Source: Nitrososphaerota archaeon
GTDB lineage: Archaea > Thermoproteota > Nitrososphaeria > Nitrososphaerales > Nitrosopumilaceae
Direction of reading: 5' to 3'
Assembly (NCBI GenBank): GCA_016201435.1
Contig: JACQCT010000037.1
Coordinates: 14,908-78,907 of the forward strand
DNA: 64,000 bases
The notes below the pieces were generated by a model. It worked only from the letters and a program-made list of their open reading frames with translations, made no database searches and was not told the DNA's origin. Positions 16,608 to 26,479 of the stretch are shown one piece after another. Numbering within the stretch: position 1 is the first letter of the stretch; each line of letters starts with the position of its first letter. A program made the translations under genes and the position numbers.

Positions 16608-17389
16608 TACTTTAATTCCTCCTCAATTTCTTCAAAAGTCTCCACTTGTTCAACAAGTTTTTCTTCGATTTCAATTAGTTCACTTTCGGTTCTTGGTTTT
16701 GTCGGATCTGCTGGAATTTCCGCTATTTCTGCTATTTCTTTTTCTTCAATTTCTTTTTCTTCTATTACCGGTGGTTTTGCTATTACCGCCTCTTTTTTCA
16801 TTGCTTTAAGTTCAAATTCTGGAATATATCGCTCCTTTATTGCAATTCTAATTCGTACTCCAATCAGACCCATCTTTGTTTGAACATGAACAATATCTTC
16901 AGAAACTATAACATCTGCAAAATGACCAGCTCTTGGCAGAATTCCTTTGCTGTGTTTTTCAAAAGAAGATCTGTCGCCTCTCAATTTTCCTGAAGTTGTA
17001 ATTTGTACGCCCATTGCACCGGCATTCATTATGGTTTGCATAGTCCACATCACAGCACGTCTAAATGCAGTTCCTCTTGCAAGATGCTGCGACATCCTAT
17101 TACACATCACACTTGGTTGAAGTTCCGGTCTGATAATTTCTATAACTGAAATTTGTGGATTCTTAAGATCAAAGTCTTTTTCTAAAACTTTTGTCAGATC
17201 ACGTATTCCAGAACCTTTTCTGCCTATTACTATGCCAGGTCTTGTGACATGTAACCCGACACGAGTTCCTGTCGGTGTTTTTTGTATATCAACTTCAGAA
17301 AATCCTGCTTCTTTAATTGCTTCTCTAAGATAGTCTTTTAGAAGCATGAGTTTGTAACTATCATTTATCACATTTTTTACTGATGACAT
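16607..17389 (-). CDS. rps3: 30S ribosomal protein uS3 (acidic C-terminal tail)
   Basis: KH domain (GIVIGRKGSGIRDL) and operon position. Confidence 0.95.
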   Translation of the reverse strand: MSSVKNVINDSYKLMLLKDYLREAIKEAGFSEVDIQKTPTGTRVGLHVTRPGIVIGRKGSGIRDLTKVLEKDFDLKNPQISVIEIIRPELQPSVMCNRMSQHLARGTAFRRAVMWTMQTIMNAGAMGVQITTSGKLRGDRSSFEKHSKGILPRAGHFADVIVSEDIVHVQTKMGLIGVRIRIAIKERYIPEFELKAMKKEAVIAKPPVIEEKEIEEKEIAEIAEIPADPTKPRTESELIEIEEKLVEQVETFEEIEEELK

Positions 17390-17390
17390 T

Positions 17391-17855
17391 TTAAATCTCC
17401 TGAGCTACGAGTTCCACATGTGTTAGTATGTCAACTTTTGGCGATGCTCTTCCCATTGCACGTGGAGTAAACCTTTGAAGTTTTCTTCCTTTATGTACAG
17501 TAGCATTTATTATTTTTAGTCTGTCCAAGTCCATCCCACGGTATTCTGCGTTTGATTCTAAATTATCAATAAGTTTAACAAATTCAGTAGCTGCTTTTTG
17601 CGGATATCGTCCAGCCATTACTCCCGTGTCTGATTTGTGTCCGACTTCGTTGTTATATCTTCTAAATGGCACTGCACGTTTCAGTCTTATGACATCTTGT
17701 AGATAATCTCTGGCAGTGTCTATTGACATGCCTTTTATTTTAACTGCAATTTCACGTGCATGTTTATGAGAAATTGTTTTTTCTCTAAGTGAGGCACGAA
17801 CGTGTCTTGTCCTGTCATAATTTTGAAAAGCATATTTGAATTGCATATTACTCAC
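17391..17855 (-). CDS. rpl22: 50S ribosomal protein uL22
   Basis: Sequence pattern and operon position. Confidence 0.95.
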   Translation of the reverse strand: MSNMQFKYAFQNYDRTRHVRASLREKTISHKHAREIAVKIKGMSIDTARDYLQDVIRLKRAVPFRRYNNEVGHKSDTGVMAGRYPQKAATEFVKLIDNLESNAEYRGMDLDRLKIINATVHKGRKLQRFTPRAMGRASPKVDILTHVELVAQEI

Positions 17856-18247
17856 TTTAATGGAACATACAAGCTAGAACGTGATGCTCCAACACCCGGA
17901 GCTCCATGTTGAACTCTTTTGTTTGTTAATGAAAACTCCCCCAAATAGTGACCAACCATTTCTGGTTTTATTATTACTGGATGAAATTCTTTTCCGGTGA
18001 AAACGTTGATTGTAAGTCCTATCATATATGGAAGAATTATCAAATCTCTAAGATGTGTTTTAATTGGGGTAGTAAGTTTCCCTGCTTTTGCCAACTTTAC
18101 TTCCTCTAGTAGTTTTCTTTTATTATCAGTAATGCCTCTAGTAAGAGATCTTCTGGCTCTAGCTGGAAATAGCTCAAAGAGTTTTTCTAAGGACAGAGTC
18201 TGTAATTCTTCTGTAGGTACTCCTCTATACTTGAATTCCTTAACCAC
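17852..18247 (-). CDS. rps19: 30S ribosomal protein uS19
   Basis: GKEFHPVIIKPEMVGHYLGEFSLTNKRVQHGAPG motif. Confidence 0.95.
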   Translation of the reverse strand: MVKEFKYRGVPTEELQTLSLEKLFELFPARARRSLTRGITDNKRKLLEEVKLAKAGKLTTPIKTHLRDLIILPYMIGLTINVFTGKEFHPVIIKPEMVGHYLGEFSLTNKRVQHGAPGVGASRSSLYVPLK

Positions 18248-18288
18248 GTTTATTCACCATCATTCGAAATGATTCAGGACAGACCATA

Positions 18289-18555
18289 TTATAGCATTCC
18301 TATCTTTGTTGCAAGATCCCTTGCCTTCTCTACAGTTTGGAATTTAACAAATGCCTTTTTACCATAAACTGTTCTACAAACATTTACGCTTACAGGTGTT
18401 TCTTTGTAGAGAATCTTTACTGCTTCCATGATTTTTGGTTTAGTAGAAGTGTCCTTAACTAGAAAACAAATTCTGTTTTCATTTTCAACTAGCGCAAATG
18501 TCTTTTCTGTAACATACGGTTTGAGCACAATGTGATTTGCTTCCTCTATGTTCAT
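18289..18555 (-). CDS. rpl23: 50S ribosomal protein uL23
   Basis: VLKPYVTEKT motif, 88 aa, follows uL4. Confidence 0.9.
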   Translation of the reverse strand: MNIEEANHIVLKPYVTEKTFALVENENRICFLVKDTSTKPKIMEAVKILYKETPVSVNVCRTVYGKKAFVKFQTVEKARDLATKIGML

Positions 18556-19367
18556 CTTTTTATCACCATTAGCTCCAAATGTGGAGACTTTATCTTTGAG
18601 AGTTCCTCAATTGCACCCTTTGAAAATACTGTTAATCTGATCGGTTGAGCACCTGGAACTAGATCTAAAACACTCAAGCTATTCACTGCTTTTACATCTA
18701 CACCCAAAAAGGTCCCAGTTGCTTTTGATAGATTCTTAGAATTTTTTACTACAATTAGTATGCTTTTCCCAATCTTGGATTTTCTACCTCGCAACTGAGG
18801 TTTTCCAGAACGACGCTTTAATCTATTTTTTAGTCGATCAATGTCCTGTGTCAAGTTAAGTGCTTCAAAGAATTTTGCAAGTTCCTTTGATTTTGATATA
18901 GATTCAATTTCATCAGAAACAACAATTGGGAATGATTCAAGTTTGTCAATTTTATGACCCCGTGATTTTACTAGTGATTCAGATGCAGTTGCTGCAATTG
19001 CAGAACATAAAGCAAGTTTATTTTCTTTTTTATTTAACATCTTGTAAGTCACTTTTTCTGTTGTGGGAGGATGTGCTTGTCTTCCACCTCTTACCATTGC
19101 AACACCTCCACCTTGACCCTGTCTACCACCACCACCGCCATGCATCCTAGCAACTCTTGCTTGATGATGACCTGTCGGAGGGCTATTTGATTCTGCTACA
19201 ACATTCATACCAGCAAGCGGATAGCGTCCTTGAGTTTGAAACTTATGTGATTCTAAATTTATGTATGCTCTGTGTAAAAGATCTGCTCGCAGTGGTGTAG
19301 AAAAAACAAGTGGCAGATCAATCTCTTCTTGTTTTGAACCATTTATCGAGAATACTTGTATGGTCAA
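18552..19367 (-). CDS. rpl4: 50S ribosomal protein uL4
   Basis: Gly/Arg-rich loop (HGGGGGRQGQGGGVAMVRGGR), 271 aa, operon position. Confidence 0.95.
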   Translation of the reverse strand: MTIQVFSINGSKQEEIDLPLVFSTPLRADLLHRAYINLESHKFQTQGRYPLAGMNVVAESNSPPTGHHQARVARMHGGGGGRQGQGGGVAMVRGGRQAHPPTTEKVTYKMLNKKENKLALCSAIAATASESLVKSRGHKIDKLESFPIVVSDEIESISKSKELAKFFEALNLTQDIDRLKNRLKRRSGKPQLRGRKSKIGKSILIVVKNSKNLSKATGTFLGVDVKAVNSLSVLDLVPGAQPIRLTVFSKGAIEELSKIKSPHLELMVIKR

Positions 19368-20356
19368 ATCATTATCTCCAAAACTTTTGGTTGTGTAATC
19401 TTAGAAGTTCTATGGCGCATTGGAGAACGTAGTTTGACCAACCTTCTATAAGTTCCCGGAATTGAACCACGTATTACAACAAAGTCTCCTTCTACTAATC
19501 CAAAATGTTTGAATCCTCCGGCAGGATTAATTTTGAATTCAGAATTTTGTGTGTTACTCATTATCATTATCCTATTGTTGTATTGTGTTCTTTGATGAAA
19601 ACCTCGTTGACCAGCTCTTGGAACAGTATACATGATAGTTGCAGGACTGATCGGACCTAATGTACCAAGCGCTCTTACACTTTTTCTTGATTTGTGTTGC
19701 TTCTTTTTTACACCCCATCTTGTAATTGGTCCTTCAATTCCTTTACCTTTTGTTATGGCTGCAACATCAACATCTGCGCCTTTTTGAAAAACTTGATCAA
19801 CTTTAACTTCTTTACCTAAAAGATCTTTGACAAACGCAAATTGTTTTTGTATATCTCCTCCTTTTACTGCTATCTCAAAAACATATGGTTTTTTTTGATC
19901 AATACCTGCTTGTCCTGGCAGAATTGCGGCAATGGCAAAAATGTCATTAATTCTTCCAAGTGATTTTTCTGCTCGTTCAAGACTTTTTTCATCGGACTTT
20001 GCTGTAAATAGCCTAGGCAGTTCTTTTGGTAAATCTTTTGCATAAACATCAAAAGAAGAATCAATACCGTACCTGTCTTTTGAATACCCTCTAATTCCAA
20101 TTATAACAATTGGCGGTGTGACAACTACGGTTCCAAGGCTAACAAGTTGTTTGCCAAAGTTAGGAGTTTTATCTCGATCATCAATACTTGCTATTCTAAT
20201 ACAACCGGCCTTGAATCCAGCATGTGCCAAGAGTTTTGGTTGATCGCCTTCTTCTTGTGGCCAAGTACGAATTCTTGCTTCCATGCTCTTTGCTCGTCCT
20301 CTTGGAAGATATGCAAGACTTCCTCGCCTTGGCTGACTATGTTTTCTATGTCCCAT
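19364..20356 (-). CDS. rpl3: 50S ribosomal protein uL3
   Basis: MGHRKHSQPRRGSLAYLPRGRA N-terminus; first gene of the operon. Confidence 0.95.
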   Translation of the reverse strand: MGHRKHSQPRRGSLAYLPRGRAKSMEARIRTWPQEEGDQPKLLAHAGFKAGCIRIASIDDRDKTPNFGKQLVSLGTVVVTPPIVIIGIRGYSKDRYGIDSSFDVYAKDLPKELPRLFTAKSDEKSLERAEKSLGRINDIFAIAAILPGQAGIDQKKPYVFEIAVKGGDIQKQFAFVKDLLGKEVKVDQVFQKGADVDVAAITKGKGIEGPITRWGVKKKQHKSRKSVRALGTLGPISPATIMYTVPRAGQRGFHQRTQYNNRIMIMSNTQNSEFKINPAGGFKHFGLVEGDFVVIRGSIPGTYRRLVKLRSPMRHRTSKITQPKVLEIMI

Positions 20357-20578
20357 TGATAAACGCTAAATGTCGTAAACCCCATTATAAGTCTACTATT
20401 TAAAATACCAAATTAAAGTAATTTTTTGCAAAAACGATCTAGAAATTACAAACGCGAAATCATAATCACAATAACAATTCCACCTATTACAACACCAGCT
20501 AAACCAGCAATGATTACAAAAAGTAATATGCGTTTTTGTTTAGACAATAAAAAATTATTCTATAAAACAATAATAAAC

Positions 20579-21394
20579 TTACTTGTGAGTAAGAACATTC
20601 AAGATCGCCAAAGTCCCAATTATTGCTTCTTCTAGTCGTACAGTTTCAGTAGCTTGTTCAGGAAAGAAATTAAAATTCTGTGATTTTGGTATTTCTTTTA
20701 TCGATACTCCAAGAATTTCATGTATTCCTCGTTCAGGAGTACCAAAAACAACTAGAACTGGGTTATTTGAAATTTCGTCAAAATAATTTTGCGTTTTATG
20801 TATGGGTTTACCTTTTCTTGAAGTTAATATCACATTAGAATTCCATCCAGAAAGAAGTGCACGTAAATTTGCACTTTCTTTCACCTCATATCCCCAATAT
20901 TGTTTAATTTCGCTTCTAGAGATTTGCTTTGCCAAGAGTTCTGGATATCCAGTCTTAAATTGCATTGTAACTCTTTTTCCTACTTCATCATGTCCAGAAT
21001 ACAAAATAAGTTGTTCAAGTCCTACATCAACAGATTTTTTACCCCTCGCAAAAACAATCATTCCTTCTCTTATGTCTCCAGCTTTGACTTGCCGAGAATC
21101 TGACGTGTAAGAATGATGTGGAATTTTTAATGGACTTAAGCTTCCAGCAAACCGTAGTTCTGAAATTCTTTGGAAAAGTCCTCTTCTAAGATATTGTGGT
21201 GTTTCAAGATATTTTAAAATGGTGCGTATTAATGACCTATCGCTATCACTTCCAGAGCTTTCATGATATATGTAAATAGTCTGTACACGAAAAATTGCAC
21301 ATGCTCTAGCAATTAAAGAGATTTTCGTAGATTTACCAAGATTTGTTGACTCGTCACTCACTGAAGAATCCGGAATTGCAATCGAAAGTTTCAA
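20579..21394 (-). CDS. putative SPOUT-superfamily RNA methyltransferase (COG2106/DUF171-like)
   Basis: 271 aa. The position immediately upstream of rpl3 is, as I recall, the conserved archaeal location of this family. Called on context and overall pattern only. Confidence 0.55.
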   Translation of the reverse strand: MKLSIAIPDSSVSDESTNLGKSTKISLIARACAIFRVQTIYIYHESSGSDSDRSLIRTILKYLETPQYLRRGLFQRISELRFAGSLSPLKIPHHSYTSDSRQVKAGDIREGMIVFARGKKSVDVGLEQLILYSGHDEVGKRVTMQFKTGYPELLAKQISRSEIKQYWGYEVKESANLRALLSGWNSNVILTSRKGKPIHKTQNYFDEISNNPVLVVFGTPERGIHEILGVSIKEIPKSQNFNFFPEQATETVRLEEAIIGTLAILNVLTHK

Positions 21395-21433
21395 TAAATT
21401 AAAATTCTCTGTTGCGTTATAAAATAGTAGAGA

Positions 21434-22183
21434 TTATTTTTGTCGTTTAACTGCGGAATCTTTTGCCTTTACAGCATATTTTTCAATATCTTTTTCTAAG
21501 GTTTTTGTTAGAACTTTTGTGTCGTTTAGTATTTGTGCCATTTTAACATGTTTTGTACCCTCTTTTTCTTCGCTTACAAGATATATTGATTCGATAGCAA
21601 GTTCTGCTGCTTCTTCTAATGACATGTCTTTTTTGTAATACTTTTCCAAGTATTCTGTTACCTGATCTGAGCCAGAACCAATAGCAACTGCATCATATGA
21701 GATGTATGTACCACTTGGATCAGTCAGAAATACTGAACTTCCACTCTTATCTATACCAGCAATAATCAATGCTACGCCAAAAGGTCTAACTCCGGCATAT
21801 TGAGTGAATTGTTGACATTGGTCTGCAAGGTGTTTTGCGACTGATTCTACCTCTATTGGTTCATCGTAAATCATTCTGTTTGATTGTGAAAAAAATCTTG
21901 CATTATCAACTTGTGACCTAGCATCAGGAATGTATCCTGCGGCAGCAACTCCAATATGATCATCTACTTGAAATATCTTTTGCGTGATTTCTGAATTTTG
22001 TAATTTTCTTGGTTTTTCTTCAACTGCAAGAATTATTCCATCTTTACACTTTATCCCAATTGCAAGTGTTCCACGTCTTACTGTTTCAATTGCATATTCC
22101 ACTTGGTAAAGTCTTCCATCTGGTGAAAAAACAGTAATTGCTCTATCATAACCTGCAGCTGCTGGTAACATTTCAATTCTCAT
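21434..22183 (-). CDS. psmA: proteasome subunit alpha
   Basis: GYDRAITVFSPDGRLYQVEYA signature. Confidence 0.95.
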   Translation of the reverse strand: MRIEMLPAAAGYDRAITVFSPDGRLYQVEYAIETVRRGTLAIGIKCKDGIILAVEEKPRKLQNSEITQKIFQVDDHIGVAAAGYIPDARSQVDNARFFSQSNRMIYDEPIEVESVAKHLADQCQQFTQYAGVRPFGVALIIAGIDKSGSSVFLTDPSGTYISYDAVAIGSGSDQVTEYLEKYYKKDMSLEEAAELAIESIYLVSEEKEGTKHVKMAQILNDTKVLTKTLEKDIEKYAVKAKDSAVKRQK

Positions 22184-22224
22184 ACCTTTGAAGGTTTAAT
22201 TTAAGTCTATACAGATATGCGATC

Positions 22225-22641
22225 ATGCATTTTGAGATCTCGTTTAACGGTCACAAAAATATTAGATCACTTCATCCAAAAACAATTGAGATAACAACAG
22301 AACCAAATCTTACATTAAATGGAGATTGTATTATTGGAGTTGAAGCATCTTGTGGTTGTAATGACATACCAGAGCAAATGAAAAATCTTATGCGAAATTC
22401 TAAATCAGAAATTTTATTTACAATATCAGTAGATGATGTTTCCTTTAAAGTCAAAGGTAATGGTCATGAAAATTTAATTTTAACAAATCCTCATGATATT
22501 GTAATTAGGAAAAGCTCCTTTATCTGTCCACGAACATTGGCAATTCATTGTGACTTGGCTTCAGATTCCATTCCTCGTCAAATGATCAAGATTCTACAGA
22601 ATCCAGATTCAAAAGGAGTTTTTTCTATTGACATAAACTAG
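22225..22641 (+). CDS. DUF371-like protein
   Basis: 138 aa; GHKNIRSLHPKTIEITTE...GDCIIGV pattern recalled from archaeal DUF371 proteins. Confidence 0.45.
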   Translation: MHFEISFNGHKNIRSLHPKTIEITTEPNLTLNGDCIIGVEASCGCNDIPEQMKNLMRNSKSEILFTISVDDVSFKVKGNGHENLILTNPHDIVIRKSSFICPRTLAIHCDLASDSIPRQMIKILQNPDSKGVFSIDIN

Positions 22642-22647
22642 AATAAT

Positions 22648-23190
22648 CTACTTTTTTTGTAATAGGTTATAACTGTGATTTTCTAAGACTTTTGTTAGTG
22701 CCCTATTTACTATTTCTATCAAGAGATATTGATCATAGTTTTGTTCTGCACTAGTACGTTTTTCGGTATTTTTCTTTTTTGATTTTGACATATTATTTTG
22801 AACGATATTTTTTATCATCTTTTGCATCGTTATTGATGCATTGGTTATTGTTTTAGAATAATCAGAATCAAAGTTTGGAGGTACGTCATATCCTAGAAGC
22901 TTAATTGACGTTCCATAAAATTTCAATACTGCGCCTCTAATTTCTTCCATTTTTACAATTTCCACAAGACCTGCCCGTTTTAAAACATCCAGATGATGCC
23001 TAATTGTAGTTGTAGCTTTATTGTAACCGGTTTTGTGTAATTCTTCTACGATTTGTTCCGCTGAAAATTGTTTATGATATAGGATTTGTAGGATCTTAAT
23101 TCTTGCACGGTCATCTAGTGCTTTTGCCTGTTCTACGTTAGTTGTAACGATTCGATTTATTTTGATCTCTTTTTGGAGTAGAGTGGACAT
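22648..23190 (-). CDS. ArsR-type winged-helix transcriptional regulator
   Basis: ARIKILQILYHKQFSAEQIVEEL...TIRHHLDVLKRAGLVEIV HTH region. Confidence 0.65.
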   Translation of the reverse strand: MSTLLQKEIKINRIVTTNVEQAKALDDRARIKILQILYHKQFSAEQIVEELHKTGYNKATTTIRHHLDVLKRAGLVEIVKMEEIRGAVLKFYGTSIKLLGYDVPPNFDSDYSKTITNASITMQKMIKNIVQNNMSKSKKKNTEKRTSAEQNYDQYLLIEIVNRALTKVLENHSYNLLQKK

Positions 23191-23506
23191 TTCCTCCTTT
23201 GAATTATAATTATTACTAAAAGATCACAGTATCACATTTTGTTAGCCAATACGTTACTTTTTTTTATGCTACTAAAAATATAATTAAGGTTTTTAAAAAA
23301 GTATACTTCTACTATTAATAATAGTACATACTAATTAAAATACTATCATAATCATCAATATGATACTATTCTCATACATATAGTAGCATTATAAAAAACC
23401 CGTAAAATTTTGTAAAAAATAACATTTGGGAAAATTATGGCCAATATGATACTCCCCGATGAGCAAAATAAGAAATTTTAAGGTTCGCTCAAAGTTAAAA
23501 TTCGAG

Positions 23507-24334
23507 TCAAAGTGAGTGACCAGTAATACGTTCATACGCAGCTATGTATCTAGAAGACATTTCGTGTGATAGTTCTGACGGCAATTCTGGTGCTATTGGT
23601 TCTATACCTACATTTCTGTCATCATCAAACTTTTTTTGATAACCACGTGCCGCCAGCCAATCACGTAAGAGTTGTTTATCAAAACTTTCTTGTGTTTTAC
23701 CTATCTGATATGCATCCTTTGGCCACATCCTATATTCATCTGGACCAATGGAATCACCTAACAATATAGTATTAGACGATTTCCCAAATTCTAATTTCAA
23801 ATCAGCTAAGATGAATCCAGCTTTTTCTGCTATTTTAGACATGTTTTTGTAAATATCAACAGATGTTTCTTCCAACCAATCATAATCTTTTGAGCTGACA
23901 AGACCCCTATCCAAAGCCATACTTTTGGTAATTGGAAGATCGTGTGTTTCCGATTTTGTCGTAGGATCAAACACAGGTTCTGTCATCTTTGCTGCAATTC
24001 TAGTATCAGTATTTTTTGGGATTGTGACTTGGCCTGCCTTCCATCTCTGAATTAGACTCCCATAGAAATACCCTCTAACAACACATTCTATTGGAATCAT
24101 TTTCATTTTTTTTACAACCATTTTGTCTTTTGTTTCCGTTTTTACATAGTGATTTGGCGTTTGAATTTTTTTAAACCAGAATTCAGCAAATTTGCAAAGA
24201 ACTTCTCCTTTTCTCGGAATTGGAGTAGGAAACTTTACATCAAATGCAGAAACCCTATCACTAAAATGGAAAAGTAAATTTCCATCATCCAATTCATAAA
24301 TGTCTTTTACCTTACCTGAACGAAGGAACTTCAA
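23507..24334 (-). CDS. purC: SAICAR synthetase
   Basis: GKVKDIYE N-terminus, LADLKLEFG motif, 275 aa, pur context. Confidence 0.9.
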   Translation of the reverse strand: MKFLRSGKVKDIYELDDGNLLFHFSDRVSAFDVKFPTPIPRKGEVLCKFAEFWFKKIQTPNHYVKTETKDKMVVKKMKMIPIECVVRGYFYGSLIQRWKAGQVTIPKNTDTRIAAKMTEPVFDPTTKSETHDLPITKSMALDRGLVSSKDYDWLEETSVDIYKNMSKIAEKAGFILADLKLEFGKSSNTILLGDSIGPDEYRMWPKDAYQIGKTQESFDKQLLRDWLAARGYQKKFDDDRNVGIEPIAPELPSELSHEMSSRYIAAYERITGHSL

Positions 24335-24385
24335 ACACGCGTCGTTGATCAGCGTTAGATTTAAACTGATATAAAATATGTTCTG

Positions 24386-24763
24386 CTAGGAACCCATCAT
24401 GCCTGGCATGTTTATTGGGGTTCTATATGGTTTAGTAACGTGAACTCCCTGATCTGTTGTTACAGTAACTTCCTGAAGATCACTTCCAGCAGATGGTGAA
24501 AGTATTACTTTTTCTCCAGGTTTTAACATAGGAATAATATCAGGGTTACTACTTCCCCCGTAGTAGACTGTAACATTAGTAAGAGGTTCTTTTCCTACAT
24601 TTTGAACTGTTACATGGGTATCAGTAACCAGTGATTGCTTATCCTTGAATGGATCTAAAAATACAGCATATTCCTCAGTAGGTCCTTGCATAATTAACAT
24701 GATTACAACTATTGATACAGTAGCAACTCCACCACATATTGCTGTAAGGAAACTTTTTCTCAC
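24386..24763 (-). CDS. membrane-anchored hypothetical protein (CARDB-like beta domain?)
   Basis: N-terminal TM helix, then a beta-rich segment VTVQNVGKEPLTNVTVYY. Confidence 0.45.
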   Translation of the reverse strand: MRKSFLTAICGGVATVSIVVIMLIMQGPTEEYAVFLDPFKDKQSLVTDTHVTVQNVGKEPLTNVTVYYGGSSNPDIIPMLKPGEKVILSPSAGSDLQEVTVTTDQGVHVTKPYRTPINMPGMMGS

Positions 24764-24795
24764 AAAATAAAATAATTTATGGTTAATTATAAAGT

Positions 24796-25041
24796 CTATT
24801 TGTCGCCTTGACTAGGTATGACAGAAAGAGTAGTGGTAGATAGAACGTTGCTGACTTTACGAATCTTTTTAGTGATTATTAATTCAATCTCATTTCTTGT
24901 TGGAACTTGAACTTTCACAAATATATCATATTGACCATAAGTTCCAAGAATCTCTTTTACACCATCTATTTTTAAAATATCATTCATAACATCTACCTCG
25001 TGTCCCATTTTGGCCTTTACTAAGACATATGCTAATTCCAA
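24796..25041 (-). CDS. stand-alone Lrp/AsnC ligand-binding (RAM) domain protein
   Basis: 81 aa, AYVLVKAKMGHE...GVKEILGTYGQYDIFVKV pattern, no HTH. Confidence 0.6.
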   Translation of the reverse strand: MELAYVLVKAKMGHEVDVMNDILKIDGVKEILGTYGQYDIFVKVQVPTRNEIELIITKKIRKVSNVLSTTTLSVIPSQGDK

Positions 25042-25042
25042 T

Positions 25043-26479
25043 TTATTCTCCTTTAATTTCAGCTCTACTCTTAAAGACAGGTTTTATTCCAAGCGGAGAA
25101 TAGTCTCCAGTAGAACACGTAAAACACATTGAATCAACATCGAGTCCAATCGCATCCGCCAAATTCTTTGCGTCATTGTATCCCAAAAAATCTGCACCAA
25201 CAACTTGTCGCACTTTTTCTATCATTGCTTCTTCAGAATATCCTTCATTATTATCAAAAAACGTCACAAGTTCTTCTTGTGAAGGAAAATCAATTCCAGC
25301 ATAACATGGAAATTTTATTGGTGGAAATGTTATTACCATACTAATTTTTTTTGCGCCTGCGCGTCGCAGAGCTTTTATGATTGCCTTTGAGCTTGTTCCT
25401 CTTACAAGACTGTCATCAACTACAACTACGTGTTTGCCATCAATAACTTGGGTAATTGGTATTATCCAACGGTTTATTTCGACTCTGTCACTCTGATGCG
25501 GTTCAATAAAACTTCGTAATGGTCCTTTTCTACTGTACCTATCTTTTAACAAACCTTCTTCAAATTGAATTCCCAATTCCTGAGCATATCCTAGTGCAGC
25601 AGGTCTTGCCGAATCAGGCACCGGAATTACTATATCTGCGTCTTTAATTGGAAACTTTCTTGCAAGATACTGCCCAATTTTTTTTCTTACCATGTAAATA
25701 TTAGAACCTTCCATAACGCTAGAAGGATGTGCAAAATAGGTGAACTCAAACGAACAGTGAGCCGATTTTTTTTCTTCAGAAAACATTTCTGATTCTAAAC
25801 CAGCATTACTAATTTTTATCAGCTCACCTGGCTTTACATCACGAATCAGTTGTGCACCAACTGCTGCAAGTGCAGCAGATTCTGAGGCTACAATATACGT
25901 ATTAGTATCTTTTCGAAAACCAACAACCATTGGTCTAAACCCTTTTGGATCACGAGCTGCATACACAGCATTATCATCAGATACGAAAGTAAAACAAAAT
26001 GAACCTACCATCTCATTTTTTAAAATTGAGAGTGCATTGCCAAGCTTACCGTTATCTGACATGAGCGAAACCAATCGCTTTGCTGCAATCAATGTATCAC
26101 TAGCATTTTGTGGTGTAAAAGTACATCCTCCTACCATTCCTGATAATTCTTCAACATTAGATATGGTCCCATTATGTGCAATACAAAGATCTTTTACCTT
26201 TAATGGTTGAGCGTTTTCCAAGTTACTTCCTCCCATAGTAGAATATCTTACATGACCAATTGCGGCAGGTGACGCATATTCTCTTGTAACTTTGTCAAAT
26301 TCTGAAACTGCTGAGGATACCAATCCAAGTTGTTTGTATGGTTGTTTTTTTGGAACAGCTACTCCCCATGCTTCTTGTCCTCTGTGCTGAAGCGCCCTTA
26401 GGGAATCAATTATCATTGGGATAACATTCACACCATCTAGACTAAAGATGCCTACAACCCCACAGTTTTCCTTAACCAT
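25043..26479 (-). CDS. purF: amidophosphoribosyltransferase
   Basis: Ntn Cys in MVKENCGVVGI; PRTase motif VVVVDDSLVRGTS. Confidence 0.95.
   Translation of the reverse strand: MVKENCGVVGIFSLDGVNVIPMIIDSLRALQHRGQEAWGVAVPKKQPYKQLGLVSSAVSEFDKVTREYASPAAIGHVRYSTMGGSNLENAQPLKVKDLCIAHNGTISNVEELSGMVGGCTFTPQNASDTLIAAKRLVSLMSDNGKLGNALSILKNEMVGSFCFTFVSDDNAVYAARDPKGFRPMVVGFRKDTNTYIVASESAALAAVGAQLIRDVKPGELIKISNAGLESEMFSEEKKSAHCSFEFTYFAHPSSVMEGSNIYMVRKKIGQYLARKFPIKDADIVIPVPDSARPAALGYAQELGIQFEEGLLKDRYSRKGPLRSFIEPHQSDRVEINRWIIPITQVIDGKHVVVVDDSLVRGTSSKAIIKALRRAGAKKISMVITFPPIKFPCYAGIDFPSQEELVTFFDNNEGYSEEAMIEKVRQVVGADFLGYNDAKNLADAIGLDVDSMCFTCSTGDYSPLGIKPVFKSRAEIKGE

Noticed and set aside
16575-16883. 102-aa S/I/F-rich plus-strand ORF
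   Set aside because: It is the mirror image of the acidic repeat tail of uS3, so it is an antisense artefact.
20426-20635. 69-aa plus-strand ORF between rpl3 and the SPOUT gene, and a 33-codon TTG-initiated TM-helix frame on the minus strand (about 20450..20551)
   Set aside because: The plus-strand ORF overlaps the SPOUT gene end and looks like a shadow ORF. The minus-strand mini-TM frame is plausible, but it rests on a TTG start and hydrophobicity alone, which is insufficient evidence.
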